Assembly: GCA_015060385.1 (NCBI GenBank)
Contig: SUYO01000005.1
Coordinates: forward strand, 55,244-119,243
From: Bacteroidales bacterium
GTDB taxonomy: Bacteria; Bacteroidota; Bacteroidia; Bacteroidales; UBA932
Length of the DNA: 64,000 nt
Direction: 5' to 3'
Shown: positions 9,176-20,057 of the stretch, piece after piece
Numbering within the stretch: the first letter of the stretch is position 1
Layout of the letters: every line of letters starts with the position of its first letter
The notes under the pieces: model-generated
Told to the model about the DNA's origin: nothing
Database searches by the model: none
Seen by the model: only the letters and a program-made list of their open reading frames with translations
Position numbers and translations under genes: made by a program

Positions 9176-10366
9176 ATGGCAAAGATCATAGAAGAAAAAC
9201 ACAACGAAAGGGCGGTATTTGTCGGAGTCATCAAACAAGGTGATGATGAAAGACAGATTATGGAATATCTCGATGAACTTGAGTTTCTTGCAGAGACTGC
9301 AGGGGCTATAGGAGTGAAGAAGTTCATCCAGAAGGTTGACAGACCGGATTCAAGAACATATATAAGAAGCGGAAAACTTCAGGAAATCAGGGAATATATA
9401 GAAGAAAACGAGATTGAAGTCGTCATCTTCGATGATGAACTCTCCCCTACCCAGCTTCGTAACATAGAACGTGAACTGAATATACGCATACTGGACAGAA
9501 CAAATCTGATTCTTGATATATTCGCCCAGAGAGCAAAGACAGCATACGCAAAAATGCAGGTTGAACTTGCTCAATATCAGTATCTTCTGCCAAGACTTAC
9601 AAGGATGTGGACCCACCTTGAAAGACAGAAGGGAGGTATCGGTATGAGAGGTCCAGGAGAAACTCAGATAGAGACAGACCGTCGTATCATCCAGGATAAG
9701 ATTTCAAGACTGAAGGAACAGCTGAAGAAGGTCGACAAACAGATGGCCTCTCAGCGCGGAAACAGGGGTTCTTTGGTCCGTATTTCGCTGGTAGGATATA
9801 CTAACGTAGGTAAGAGTACCTTGATGAATCTACTCGCTAAAAGCGACGTTTTTGCAGAAAATAAACTCTTTGCGACCCTGGATACTACGGTGCGCAAGGT
9901 GGTTATAGAAAACGTACCGTTTCTGCTCAGCGATACGGTAGGTTTCATCAGAAAACTCCCACATCAGCTTGTAGAGGCCTTCAAGAGTACATTGGATGAA
10001 GTACGCGAGGCTGACATACTCATGCATGTGGTGGATATCTCGCATCCAAATTTCGAGGATCATATACGTGTCGTAGAGGAAACCCTGAAGGACATAAAGG
10101 CTATAGATAAGCCTATATTCGTCGTTTTCAACAAGATAGATGCATACAGATATGAAGAATATGATGAATTTTCTTTAGAGCCTAAAAGACAGGAAAATTA
10201 TACGCTTGACGAATTCAAGAACAGCTGGATAGCCAAGGAAAACACACCTTGTATATTCATTTCAGCAAAAAACAAGATCGGTATAGACAAGCTCCGCGGA
10301 GATCTTTACAAGATGGTAGCTGAAATCCACGCCGGACGCTACCCTTTCGACAACTTCCTCTGGTAA
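9176..10366 (+). CDS. hflX: GTPase HflX
   Basis: DRTNLILDIFAQRA, GPGETQIETDRR, GYTNVGKST, FATLD, DTVGFI and NKID motifs. Confidence 0.96.
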   Translation: MAKIIEEKHNERAVFVGVIKQGDDERQIMEYLDELEFLAETAGAIGVKKFIQKVDRPDSRTYIRSGKLQEIREYIEENEIEVVIFDDELSPTQLRNIERELNIRILDRTNLILDIFAQRAKTAYAKMQVELAQYQYLLPRLTRMWTHLERQKGGIGMRGPGETQIETDRRIIQDKISRLKEQLKKVDKQMASQRGNRGSLVRISLVGYTNVGKSTLMNLLAKSDVFAENKLFATLDTTVRKVVIENVPFLLSDTVGFIRKLPHQLVEAFKSTLDEVREADILMHVVDISHPNFEDHIRVVEETLKDIKAIDKPIFVVFNKIDAYRYEEYDEFSLEPKRQENYTLDEFKNSWIAKENTPCIFISAKNKIGIDKLRGDLYKMVAEIHAGRYPFDNFLW

Positions 10367-10376
10367 AAATAACAAG

Positions 10377-10425
10377 AACAGTGATGGTGATCAAATCATA
10401 TTACTGATTGATCACCATCACTGTT
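10377..10425. terminator. Long inverted repeat between convergent hflX and the lipoprotein gene
   Basis: AACAGTGATGGTGATCAA ... TTGATCACCATCACTGTT, an 18-bp stem. Confidence 0.7.
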
Positions 10426-10437
10426 TTAAATAAGAAA

Positions 10438-12450
10438 TTACTTCGAAACGAGTACCGGATAATCATTTCCAACTACCCATTTCTTGTCTACATATTCACA
10501 TTCATGACTTTCTACAGCTGCATTCATCTCATCGCACACAAGATTCACATTGGATATGTAAGTTGCAAAAGGATTATACAATTCATCTATAAGATCAGCA
10601 TCCATTGTATAGCAATGATCAAAATTCGAAGAATAAAAGGAATAATGGAGTACATCACCACAAGTTGTATAACAACCTGCATATATACTGTCTGTTGAAG
10701 CAGAATAACCAACTAATCCACCCTTTCCGTTACCGCTGATCTCCACCTTATTGGCACATAAATACATCTCACTGGAATGCCATTTATTATGTCCTGTCTT
10801 TCCTAAAATTCCACCTACATATTTAGTGGAACTACCAGATGTTTCAATAAATCCCTCATTGATACATTGAACAATATAACCATAATTTTCTCCAACTATT
10901 CCACCTGCATAAAGATAATTGATATCATCATTAACAGTTATAGTTACCGGGAGTTTATTAATACAATTCTTGACAATTCCGCTTGTTGAATTACTACTGA
11001 CTATAACACCTACAGTAACAGAATGTTGAATAAACTGATTGGAAAAAGATACATATTCACCGTGAATATCATTTCCGACAGTAATTCCATCAACTATTCC
11101 ATGATTATACCCTATCAGCAATGAACTTCTAAATAAATCTGCACCGGTATTTGTACATTTACCTCCCTCAAGTACAAGATTTCTTATCTCACCTGAAAAA
11201 TGACTAATCATTGCTGTAGGATTATAATAATCCAATCTTTCTGCATCCTGATTAATACTTAATCCACTGATAACGTGATTATTACCTTCAAATATTCCTG
11301 AATAATAAGTAGAAGATGTACCAATACAATACACCCAGTCCTCTGTCAGAGCTATATCATTGATAAGCGTACAATTTAATCTTTTGTCATTTTCTGCAGC
11401 CGCTCCCCAAGCCATTAAACCTTCCGCATCATATACATAAAAAGTAGACCTTCCATCAATTGTCAGAACCGTATTGGCTGGATTATCAGTCAATATATGA
11501 TTCAATTCATGCTTGATATCTTCTGGAAGGGTTCCCTTCACTTCGAAAAACGAATAATCATCTTCCATAGCCTCCTTGAGCTTATCAATGACTGCATCAG
11601 CACTCGCACCATCAAATACTGTAATTACAGCCTTGTCATTCTCATATCTCATTATGACACCTGCCTTATCCATTACCTTGCTTATACGATAAAGCTTGCC
11701 AGGGCTGAGAGTTGTAGTTGCACCTACTTTTGTCTCATATGTAATATCATCACATGTTAATGTAATGGAGGTATTATTATCGATTTCCTGAGGGTGGAGT
11801 GCAAAATAAACAACAATCTCACCTGTGTCTTCAGAAGCGGTGAAGGTAGTGATGGAACTGACTATAATCTTGTTATCTATTGACAACTGAACATCTCTAA
11901 GTATTTTTCCTTTGAAATCTTCATTTCTTAGCGTAATCTTCATTATAGGAGTCTGTGTCCTGAACGAGAATGAGACATCTTCCCAATCGAAATCATCACT
12001 TACAGTATATTCAGCTGTCATATAATGGTACAGGTTAAGTAATTCCAGCTTACCATGCTGATTTGCAAGATCAGGTCTTCCGGATAACGGGTATTCAGCT
12101 GTCAATACAGTATTTTCGGTCAGTTCAGGAAGTTGATTACTGCATACAAAGTCAGCATAATATCTGTTTTCATCATATCCGTTGAACATGAATACATATG
12201 AACTTCCATCTACATTTACCTTTATTCCATCATAATCGGTCCAATATATCCTTACCCTGGATCCTTCTTCTCCAGAATCATCAGAAATAATGGTCTTTGT
12301 AGCAGTTTCATCAGATATTGATGCCTTGATCGTAACTAATTCAGAATCAGCACCTGTAATTTGATCAGATGCATTGTCAAACTCCTTAATGCAGGAGATG
12401 AAACATAAAGACAACAATACAGCTGATATGTGGAAAAAACTCTTTTTCAT
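10438..12450 (-). CDS. AT-rich surface lipoprotein: fimbrillin/Mfa-like N-terminus plus GLUG-repeat-like C-terminus
   Basis: Signal peptide with lipobox CFISC; TKT..W...D.I motif; YSGIFEGNNHVISGL; GGIVGENYG and VGGILG repeats; AT-richer than its neighbours. Confidence 0.7.
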   Translation of the reverse strand: MKKSFFHISAVLLSLCFISCIKEFDNASDQITGADSELVTIKASISDETATKTIISDDSGEEGSRVRIYWTDYDGIKVNVDGSSYVFMFNGYDENRYYADFVCSNQLPELTENTVLTAEYPLSGRPDLANQHGKLELLNLYHYMTAEYTVSDDFDWEDVSFSFRTQTPIMKITLRNEDFKGKILRDVQLSIDNKIIVSSITTFTASEDTGEIVVYFALHPQEIDNNTSITLTCDDITYETKVGATTTLSPGKLYRISKVMDKAGVIMRYENDKAVITVFDGASADAVIDKLKEAMEDDYSFFEVKGTLPEDIKHELNHILTDNPANTVLTIDGRSTFYVYDAEGLMAWGAAAENDKRLNCTLINDIALTEDWVYCIGTSSTYYSGIFEGNNHVISGLSINQDAERLDYYNPTAMISHFSGEIRNLVLEGGKCTNTGADLFRSSLLIGYNHGIVDGITVGNDIHGEYVSFSNQFIQHSVTVGVIVSSNSTSGIVKNCINKLPVTITVNDDINYLYAGGIVGENYGYIVQCINEGFIETSGSSTKYVGGILGKTGHNKWHSSEMYLCANKVEISGNGKGGLVGYSASTDSIYAGCYTTCGDVLHYSFYSSNFDHCYTMDADLIDELYNPFATYISNVNLVCDEMNAAVESHECEYVDKKWVVGNDYPVLVSK

Positions 12451-12472
12451 ATGAATACAGATTAAATGAACA

Positions 12473-12580
12473 TCAATCAAGATCTTCTATGATAAGATCA
12501 TCTATAGTTGTACTTCCACTAAGTACGACCTGCTCGATCAGGATTTCAAGTATATTACATTCCGGTGATGAATATTCCAT
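12473..12580 (-). CDS. Small 35-aa peptide MEYSSPECNILEILIEQVVLSGSTTIDDLIIEDLD (below the ORF-track cutoff)
   Basis: Translated by hand. It lies between a TAATTTTG promoter and the lipoprotein ATG, with a Y-x-x-P-E leader-like motif and an acidic tail. Confidence 0.65.
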   Translation of the reverse strand: MEYSSPECNILEILIEQVVLSGSTTIDDLIIEDLD

Positions 12581-12605
12581 AAGACTTAAGTTTTTGATGA
12601 TACTG

Positions 12606-12613
12606 CAAAATTA
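12606..12613 (-). promoter_or_regulatory. Bacteroidetes -7 promoter element (TAATTTTG) for the peptide-lipoprotein operon
   Basis: Matches TAnnTTTG, 25 nt upstream of the small ORF. Confidence 0.6.
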
Positions 12614-12621
12614 TAATAAAA

Positions 12622-12651
12622 AATCAAGGTGACCAAAGGCCACCTTGATTT
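12622..12651 (-). terminator. Intrinsic terminator after frdB/sdhB
   Basis: AAATCAAGGTG...CACCTTGATTT with a T tract on the minus strand. Confidence 0.65.
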
Positions 12652-12670
12652 GAAATATCAGAAAAATGTA

Positions 12671-13450
12671 TTAGTCCTTAAGCTTTGCGCAGAGGAACTC
12701 ACGGTTAAGACGTGCGATGTGAGTTACAGTGATGTGCTTAGGACACTCCATCTCACAGGCCTTGGTGTTTGTACAAGCACCGAAACCGAGTTCGTCCATC
12801 TTTGCAACCATTGCCTTTGCACGCTTTGCAGCCTCAACCTTACCCTGTGGGAGAAGGGCGAGCGAGCTTACGCGGGCAGCAACGAAGAGCATAGCAGAAC
12901 CGTTCTTACAAGTAGCAGCACATGCACCGCAACCGATACATGCTGCACCGTCCATAGACTCTTCAGCCTTTTCATTAGGGATAGGAATAGCGTTTCCGTC
13001 AGGAACTCCGCCTGTACCGACAGATACATATCCGCCTGCCTGGAGAATCTTGTCATATGCCTGACGGTCAACAACAAGGTCCTTGATTACAGGGAATCCC
13101 TTCGATCTCCAAGGCTCGATGGTGATTGTGTCACCGTCCTTGAACTTACGCATATGGAGCTGGCATGTTGTAACCTCATCGTCAGGTCCGTGTGCACGGC
13201 CGTTGATATAGAGTGAACATGCACCGCAGATACCCTCACGGCAGTCATGATCGAACGATACAGGACCGCTGCTCTTGCATCCTTTCTCGACAGCTACCGG
13301 ATCTACACCCTCAGCAATAAGCTGCTCATTGAGGATATCGAGCATTTCGAGGAAAGAGCTGTCTTCGGATATATTCTTAACCTTATAGGTCTCAAAATGT
13401 CCTTTTGCCTTGGCGTTTTTCTGACGCCATACTTTCAATGTCAAATCCAT
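12671..13450 (-). CDS. sdhB: Succinate dehydrogenase/fumarate reductase iron-sulfur subunit
   Basis: Cys clusters [16 protein letters not shown]...C and [12 protein letters not shown]. Confidence 0.94.
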   Translation of the reverse strand: MDLTLKVWRQKNAKAKGHFETYKVKNISEDSSFLEMLDILNEQLIAEGVDPVAVEKGCKSSGPVSFDHDCREGICGACSLYINGRAHGPDDEVTTCQLHMRKFKDGDTITIEPWRSKGFPVIKDLVVDRQAYDKILQAGGYVSVGTGGVPDGNAIPIPNEKAEESMDGAACIGCGACAATCKNGSAMLFVAARVSSLALLPQGKVEAAKRAKAMVAKMDELGFGACTNTKACEMECPKHITVTHIARLNREFLCAKLKD

Positions 13451-13455
13451 GTCAA

Positions 13456-15402
13456 TTAGTCTTTATAGTTTCTGGTAGCAATCTTGATATTCTCGTATAC
13501 GAGCGGCTCCTTATGGAGTTCAGGCTCAACATCTTCACCCTTGTACTCCCAAGCTGCTACATACATGTAGTTCTCATCGTCACGCTTTGTCTCACCGTCT
13601 TCAGTCTGCATCTCTTCACGGAAGTGGCCACCGCAAGACTCGTTACGGTTAAGGGCGTCGCGCGCCATAAGCTCACCTATTTCGAAGAAGTCTACAAGGC
13701 GGAGAGCCTTCTCGAGTTCCTGGTTGAATTCACCGTTTTCACCGGCAACATATACGTTCTTCCAGAACTCAGCCTTGAGAGCCTTGATTTTCTGGATAGC
13801 TTCCTTAAGACCAGCCTCGTTACGTGCCATACCTACATTGTTCCACATGATGAGACCGAGCTCCTTATGGAATGAATCTACAGATCTCTTACCCTTGATG
13901 GCGAAGAGTTTCTCGATCTTTGCGACAACAGCCTTTTCAGCTTCAGCGAACTCAGGTGCGTTGATGTCTGTCTTAGGCTCCTTGAATTTGCCTGCAAGAT
14001 AGTCTCCGATAGTGTATGGAAGGATGAAGTATCCGTCAGCAAGACCCTGCATGAGGGCCGATGCACCAAGACGGTTTCCACCATGGTCAGAGAAGTTGGC
14101 CTCACCGATGGCATAAAGACCAGGAACGGTTGTCTGAAGGTTGTAGTCTACCCAGATACCACCCATCGTATAGTGGATTGCAGGATAGATCATCATAGGC
14201 TCCTTGTATGGGTTCACGTCGGTGATCTTCTCATACATCTGGAAGAGATTACCGTATCTTGCCCTGATCACATCCTCACCAAGTCTCTCGATTGCAGTCT
14301 TGAAATCAAGGAATACGGCAAGACCAGTGTTATTCACACCGTAACCAGCGTCGCAACGCTCCTTTGCAGCACGTGAAGCAACGTCACGTGGCACGAGGTT
14401 ACCGAATGCAGGATAACGACGCTCGAGATAGTAGTCTCTATCTTCTTCAGCGATCTGTGAAGGCTTCTTTGAACCGTTGCGGAGAGCCTTTACGTCTTCC
14501 ATCTTCTTAGGTACCCAGATACGTCCGTCGTTACGGAGAGACTCTGACATGAGAGTAAGCTTTGACTGCTGGTCTCCGTGTACAGGGATACATGTAGGGT
14601 GGATCTGTGCGAAGCAAGGGTTTGCGAAGAATGCACCCTTCTTGTAGCACTGCCATGCAGCTGAACCGTTAGAGTTCATTGCGTTGGTAGAAAGGAAGTA
14701 AGCGTTTCCGTAACCACCTGTAGCGATAACCACGGCGTGAGCACCGAATCTCTCGATCTTACCAGTTACGAGGTTTCTTGCGATGATACCCTTTGCCTCA
14801 CCGTTGATGAGGACAACATCGAGCATCTCATAGCGAGGGTAGCTCTTCACTGTACCTGCAGCGATCTGGCGGTTGAGAGCAGCATAAGCACCAAGAAGGA
14901 GCTGCTGACCGGTTTGACCGCGGGCATAGAAGGTACGGCTTACCTGCGCACCTCCGAAAGAGCGGTTGGCGAGAAGTCCGCCATATTCCCTTGCAAAAGG
15001 AACACCCTGTGCAACGCACTGGTCAATGATAAGGTTACTTACCTCAGCAAGACGATATACATTAGCCTCACGTGCACGATAGTCTCCTCCCTTGATTGTA
15101 TCATAGAAGAGACGGTAGATCGAGTCGTTGTCGTTCTGGTAGTTCTTCGCAGCGTTGATACCTCCCTGTGCCGCGATAGAGTGGGCACGACGTGGAGAGT
15201 CGCTGATGCAGAATACCTTGACATTGTAACCAAGTTCACCGAGTGAAGCAGCTGCAGACGCTCCACCGAGACCTGTTCCTACAACAATGACTTCGAGTTT
15301 TCTTTTGTTGCCTGGGCTGACAACACGGATCTGAGATTTGTGCTTTGTCCATTTCTCCGACAAAGGTCCCTCAGGAATCTTAGAAATAAGTTTTTCGGCC
15401 AT
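13456..15402 (-). CDS. sdhA: Succinate dehydrogenase/fumarate reductase flavoprotein subunit
   Basis: [40 protein letters not shown] and ESCGGHFR motifs. Confidence 0.95.
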   Translation of the reverse strand: MAEKLISKIPEGPLSEKWTKHKSQIRVVSPGNKRKLEVIVVGTGLGGASAAASLGELGYNVKVFCISDSPRRAHSIAAQGGINAAKNYQNDNDSIYRLFYDTIKGGDYRAREANVYRLAEVSNLIIDQCVAQGVPFAREYGGLLANRSFGGAQVSRTFYARGQTGQQLLLGAYAALNRQIAAGTVKSYPRYEMLDVVLINGEAKGIIARNLVTGKIERFGAHAVVIATGGYGNAYFLSTNAMNSNGSAAWQCYKKGAFFANPCFAQIHPTCIPVHGDQQSKLTLMSESLRNDGRIWVPKKMEDVKALRNGSKKPSQIAEEDRDYYLERRYPAFGNLVPRDVASRAAKERCDAGYGVNNTGLAVFLDFKTAIERLGEDVIRARYGNLFQMYEKITDVNPYKEPMMIYPAIHYTMGGIWVDYNLQTTVPGLYAIGEANFSDHGGNRLGASALMQGLADGYFILPYTIGDYLAGKFKEPKTDINAPEFAEAEKAVVAKIEKLFAIKGKRSVDSFHKELGLIMWNNVGMARNEAGLKEAIQKIKALKAEFWKNVYVAGENGEFNQELEKALRLVDFFEIGELMARDALNRNESCGGHFREEMQTEDGETKRDDENYMYVAAWEYKGEDVEPELHKEPLVYENIKIATRNYKD

Positions 15403-15512
15403 TTTATAGAGTGTTAAATGAAATTTCGGCACAAGTTTAAGGAATTAAACTCTATAAAACAAATATAACCTATCACTTATAATAGGTTATAATAAAAAGA
15501 TTGACCGGATAC

Positions 15513-16541
15513 TTAAAATAATGTAGGGTCATCAAGATTTATGTTCCCTTTTTCGAGTCCGAGATGTCTGTATGCAAGTTCAGTGGCTTCCCTACCTCGT
15601 GGAGTACGCATTATGAATCCCTCTTTTATAAGGAAAGGTTCATATACTTCCTCGAGAGTTCCCTGGTCCTCGCCTACAGCCGTAGCAATGGTATTTGCTC
15701 CTACCGGACCGCCTTTGAACTTGGTGATGATGGTCTTGAGTATCTTGTTGTCGATGGCATCCAGTCCTCTCTTGTCTATGTTCAGGGCATCAAGTGCATA
15801 CCTTGCAATCTCAAGGTCTACCCTTCCGTTGCCCATGACCTGGGCGAAGTCCCTGACCCTTCTGAGAAGCGAGTTGGCTATTCTAGGAGTGCCGCGGCTT
15901 CTGAGAGCTATTTCATAGGCAGCATCCTGCTCTATATCTACCTTTAATATAGTGGCGCTTCTCTTCACGATCTTTACAAGTGTAGGGGTGTCATAATATT
16001 CCATGGCACAGGTGATGCCGAATCTGGCTCTTAGAGGAGAGGTGAGAAGACCGCTGCGTGTGGTTGCTCCGACCAGAGTGAAAGGATTCAATGAAATACG
16101 TACGGAACGTGCTCCCGGACCTTTATCGATCATTATGTCTATTACGAAATCCTCCATTGCGGAATACAGGTATTCCTCCACGACAGGGGAGAGCCTGTGT
16201 ATCTCGTCTATGAAGAGGACATCTCCTTCCTCAAGCGAAGTGAGAAGTCCGGCCAGATCACCGGGCTTGTCAAGTATAGGACCTGAAGTGACCTTCATGT
16301 TCACTCCAAGTTCGTTGGCAATGATATGGGCCAGAGTAGTCTTTCCAAGGCCCGGAGGGCCATGGAAAAGAACATGGTCAAGAGACTCCCCTCTCATCTT
16401 TGCCGCAGCGACAAAAATCTTGAGATTGGATACTATCTTGTCCTGTCCGGTAAAGTCATGCAGGTCCTGAGGACGGATTATTCCATCCAATTCCTTATCT
16501 TTGCCCTCATTGATATTGTGCGGATCGAAATCAGTAGCCAT
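15513..16541 (-). CDS. ruvB: Holliday junction DNA helicase RuvB
   Basis: [34 protein letters not shown] and RTPRGR motifs. Confidence 0.97.
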   Translation of the reverse strand: MATDFDPHNINEGKDKELDGIIRPQDLHDFTGQDKIVSNLKIFVAAAKMRGESLDHVLFHGPPGLGKTTLAHIIANELGVNMKVTSGPILDKPGDLAGLLTSLEEGDVLFIDEIHRLSPVVEEYLYSAMEDFVIDIMIDKGPGARSVRISLNPFTLVGATTRSGLLTSPLRARFGITCAMEYYDTPTLVKIVKRSATILKVDIEQDAAYEIALRSRGTPRIANSLLRRVRDFAQVMGNGRVDLEIARYALDALNIDKRGLDAIDNKILKTIITKFKGGPVGANTIATAVGEDQGTLEEVYEPFLIKEGFIMRTPRGREATELAYRHLGLEKGNINLDDPTLF

Positions 16542-16830
16542 GTCGTCAACAAAATAATTATATACAAATATATATCTTTATTTTAAAATATGATGATGAT
16601 ATTAATGCTGTTGATATGTTGAAAACTGATTCCGATCTCTGTAAATCAATATTTTATATAAATGAAACCTTGTTGAAAACCCTGATGTGAAGTTACTGGT
16701 AAAAAATGAAAGAAAAATTTTGAAGTGATTCATCAATTTCTGGATATACCGATTTTCTGAATTTTATAATTTTTTTATCATCTGTTTTCAACCTTGTTTT
16801 TAACAGTTTTTCAACAGAAATCAAGACAAG
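16542..16830. other. Candidate replication origin (oriC)
   Basis: Very AT-rich region with DnaA-box-like 9-mers TGTTGA(A/T)A(A/T) at 16609, 16617 and 16671 and inverted TTTT(C/T)AAC(A/C) at 16785, 16797 and 16808. parS sites lie nearby and gene orientation switches here. Confidence 0.55.
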
Positions 16831-19800
16831 ATGTTAATAAGTACGGAATCCGTAAAGAAGTTATCGGAAAATATTGGAACCGCTCGGGAGATATTCTGCA
16901 GCGGACTGTTTCTTTCTGCAAGATGGTTTGCTGTATCCCAGCTGGAATATGATGGTTTTCAGATGATTATTCTTCCTGATAAGGATTCTGCAGAGTATTG
17001 TGCTGCTGATCTTTATAATCTTATAGAAGGAGACTGTGTTTTCTTCCTTCCTGATTCGGGAAAGACTCTTGAAAGAAGTAATTACAAGTCCACTCTCAGT
17101 GTCCAGAGGACTTCCGCAATAGGAAAGATACTCGAATATGATGAAGGACGCCTGATAGTTGTAACTTATCCTTCTGCTTTGGAAGATGGAATTCCTGACA
17201 GCACCATTATCAAGGAATCCGTACTACGTCTTTCTGTAGGAGATGAAATAAGTCATGAAGGCATAGTCGAGGCTATGTTTGCAAATGGCTTCCAGAGAGT
17301 AGATTTCGTTGCCGAACCCGGACAGTTTGCAATCAGGGGAGCGATAGTAGATATATTTTCATATTCTTACAACGATCCGTTCCGCATATCCTTCTTTGGA
17401 GATGAAATAGATTCCATAACCATATTTGACTGTAATACACAGCTTTCAAAAGAAAAGATAAACAATGCGGAGATATATCCTGACATTCTTTCAGGAGAAG
17501 ACGAATCCGGAATGACCGGAATATGCAGCATAATACCTGAAGATTCCCTGATATGGCTGGATTCTTCCGATATGTACAGAAACAAGGCATTTTTTCATGA
17601 ATTGGAACCTTTCAGAAAAGTGTTCATGGAACTTCCTCTGTCAAGACAGGATGAGGAAGCTGTAAGGTTCAGCATAGCGCCTCAGCCGGTGTTCAACAAG
17701 AATTTCGAACTTCTTACAGAGGACATCAGAAAACATCTTGAGCAGGGTTACAGGGTAAGGATCTATGGTGAGAAGCAGTCGCAGCTTGACAGACTCAGAT
17801 CCATTCTTTCTCAGAACGGAAACATACTGCCGGAATTCATCTCCGGATTCAATATCCATAACGGATTCATAGACCATGAAGATAAGGTATGCTGCTACAG
17901 CGACCACGAGATATTCGACCGTTTCCACCGTGTCAGCATAAGAAGAACGGTGGAAAAGAGCGAGCAGCTTACCTTGAACGACCTGACATCCTTTGCGATA
18001 GGGGATTATATAGTCCATATAGATTATGGAGTCGGCATATTCGGAGGACTTGTCCGCATGAAGGATGACAAGGGAAGGATGCATGAGGTTGTGAAGCTTA
18101 TGTACAAGGATAATGATGTCGTATTTGTTTCCGTTCATGCACTTCATAAGATATCGCGTTACAAATCAAAGGATTCCGAGCCACCAAAGATACATAAGCT
18201 GGGATCGAAGGCATGGCAGAATCTCAAGGCCAGCACAAAATCAAAGGTAAAGGATATAGCAAAGGACCTTATCCAGCTTTATGCAAAGAGAAAGAGTCTG
18301 AAAGGTTTTGCATTCTCTGCGGATACATACATGCAGCAGGAACTTGAATCCTCGTTCATGTATGAGGATACTCCCGATCAGGAAAAGGCAGTATATGCCG
18401 TCAAGCGTGACATGGAAGACGACTGTCCTATGGACAGGCTTGTATGCGGTGACGTCGGTTTCGGAAAGACCGAAGTCGCTGTCCGCGCTGCCTTCAAGGC
18501 AGTGGCGGACAGCAAGCAGGTTGCCGTGCTTGTTCCTACAACCATCCTGGCTCTTCAGCATTTCAATACGTTCAGGAACAGACTGAAGGATCTTCCTTGC
18601 AACATAGATTATGTAAGCCGTCTGAGGACTGCCAAGGAGATATCCGATATCCAGAAAAGACTTAAGGCAGGTACTCTGGACATAGTGATAGGTACGCACA
18701 AGCTTATAGGTAAGGGATTCGAATTCAAGGATCTCGGACTTCTGGTCATCGACGAGGAGCAGAAGTTCGGAGTCAGTGCAAAGGAAAAGCTCCGTCAGCT
18801 GAAGGCTTCCGTCGATACTCTTACCCTTACTGCAACGCCTATCCCGAGAACCCTCCAGTTTTCTCTTCTGGGAGCCAGGGACCTTTCCATCATAAGCACT
18901 CCTCCGCCTAACAGAATACCTGTTCAGACGGAGATAATGCTCTTTGACCATGATGAGATCAGGAAGATAATCAACTACGAGCTTAACAGGGGAGGTCAGA
19001 TATTCTTCGTCCATAACAGGGTAGAGGAACTTCAGGCAATACATGACATTCTTCAAAGGCTCATACCTGACATGAAGATATGTGTGGCCCACGGCCAGAT
19101 GGAACCTAAGATACTTGAAAACAAGATTCTGGATTTCATGGCGGGAGATTATGACATGCTCCTGTGTACCACCATCATAGAGAACGGACTTGATATTCCG
19201 AATGCCAACACCATCATAATAAATCAGGCTCAGAACATAGGTCTTAGCGACCTCCACCAGCTGAGAGGACGTGTAGGACGTTCGAACAGAAGATCTTTCT
19301 GTTACCTGATTGTACCTCCTCTCGTTTCCATCACAGAGGATGCGAGACGCAGACTCAAGGCCATCGAATCATTCTCTGACCTTGGCAGCGGATTCAACAT
19401 AGCCATGCAGGACCTTGATATCCGCGGAGCAGGAAACCTTCTTGGAGCAGAGCAGAGCGGATTCATCACCGACATGGGATTCGAGACATATCAGAAGATA
19501 CTTGCCGAGGCTATGGAGGAACTTGGAGTAGAGACCGGAATATCTTCAAGGAGCACTTCCGACAATTTTGTTTCAGACTGTACGATAGAGACGGACCAGC
19601 TTGCCCTTATCCCTGACACATACATCGATATGACAGCCGAAAAGATAAGGATATACAAGGAACTTGATTCCCTGTCCTCGGAAAAGGAGATGGAACAGAT
19701 GAAGAAGAAGCTTTCCGACCGTTTCGGAGCCATTCCTGACGAACTTTCAAGACTTTTCGATATAGTAAGGATAAGACAGCTGGGACAGAAGCTGGGATTT

Positions 19801-20016
19801 GAGAAGATCATCATAAAGAACAGTGTGATGATAGCTTTCTTCATATACAATTCCATGTCCCAGTATTACAGAAGCGATCGTTTTTCAAGAATTCTTGAAA
19901 ATATCAGCAGGAATCCTTCCCTCTTCGAACTGAAGCAGAATGACAATAAGCTTAGGATTTTTGTCCGTAATGTGGATACATTGTCAAAAGCTTATGATAT
20001 TTTGAATAAATTGTGA
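16831..20016 (+). CDS. mfd: Transcription-repair coupling factor
   Basis: RGAIVDIF, CarD-like VHIDYGVG, GDVGFGKTEVA, DEEQKFG, TATPIPRTL, QLRGRVGR and a TRCF C-domain. Confidence 0.96.
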   Translation: MLISTESVKKLSENIGTAREIFCSGLFLSARWFAVSQLEYDGFQMIILPDKDSAEYCAADLYNLIEGDCVFFLPDSGKTLERSNYKSTLSVQRTSAIGKILEYDEGRLIVVTYPSALEDGIPDSTIIKESVLRLSVGDEISHEGIVEAMFANGFQRVDFVAEPGQFAIRGAIVDIFSYSYNDPFRISFFGDEIDSITIFDCNTQLSKEKINNAEIYPDILSGEDESGMTGICSIIPEDSLIWLDSSDMYRNKAFFHELEPFRKVFMELPLSRQDEEAVRFSIAPQPVFNKNFELLTEDIRKHLEQGYRVRIYGEKQSQLDRLRSILSQNGNILPEFISGFNIHNGFIDHEDKVCCYSDHEIFDRFHRVSIRRTVEKSEQLTLNDLTSFAIGDYIVHIDYGVGIFGGLVRMKDDKGRMHEVVKLMYKDNDVVFVSVHALHKISRYKSKDSEPPKIHKLGSKAWQNLKASTKSKVKDIAKDLIQLYAKRKSLKGFAFSADTYMQQELESSFMYEDTPDQEKAVYAVKRDMEDDCPMDRLVCGDVGFGKTEVAVRAAFKAVADSKQVAVLVPTTILALQHFNTFRNRLKDLPCNIDYVSRLRTAKEISDIQKRLKAGTLDIVIGTHKLIGKGFEFKDLGLLVIDEEQKFGVSAKEKLRQLKASVDTLTLTATPIPRTLQFSLLGARDLSIISTPPPNRIPVQTEIMLFDHDEIRKIINYELNRGGQIFFVHNRVEELQAIHDILQRLIPDMKICVAHGQMEPKILENKILDFMAGDYDMLLCTTIIENGLDIPNANTIIINQAQNIGLSDLHQLRGRVGRSNRRSFCYLIVPPLVSITEDARRRLKAIESFSDLGSGFNIAMQDLDIRGAGNLLGAEQSGFITDMGFETYQKILAEAMEELGVETGISSRSTSDNFVSDCTIETDQLALIPDTYIDMTAEKIRIYKELDSLSSEKEMEQMKKKLSDRFGAIPDELSRLFDIVRIRQLGQKLGFEKIIIKNSVMIAFFIYNSMSQYYRSDRFSRILENISRNPSLFELKQNDNKLRIFVRNVDTLSKAYDILNKL

Positions 20017-20057
20017 TATAATTTTATATTTTTGTATCCGAAATAATATCTTTAGAA

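Noticed and set aside
16589-16601. ATGATGATGAT as DnaA-trios
   Set aside because: The trio consensus reads 5'-TAG/TAA repeats, and this repeat matches on neither strand.
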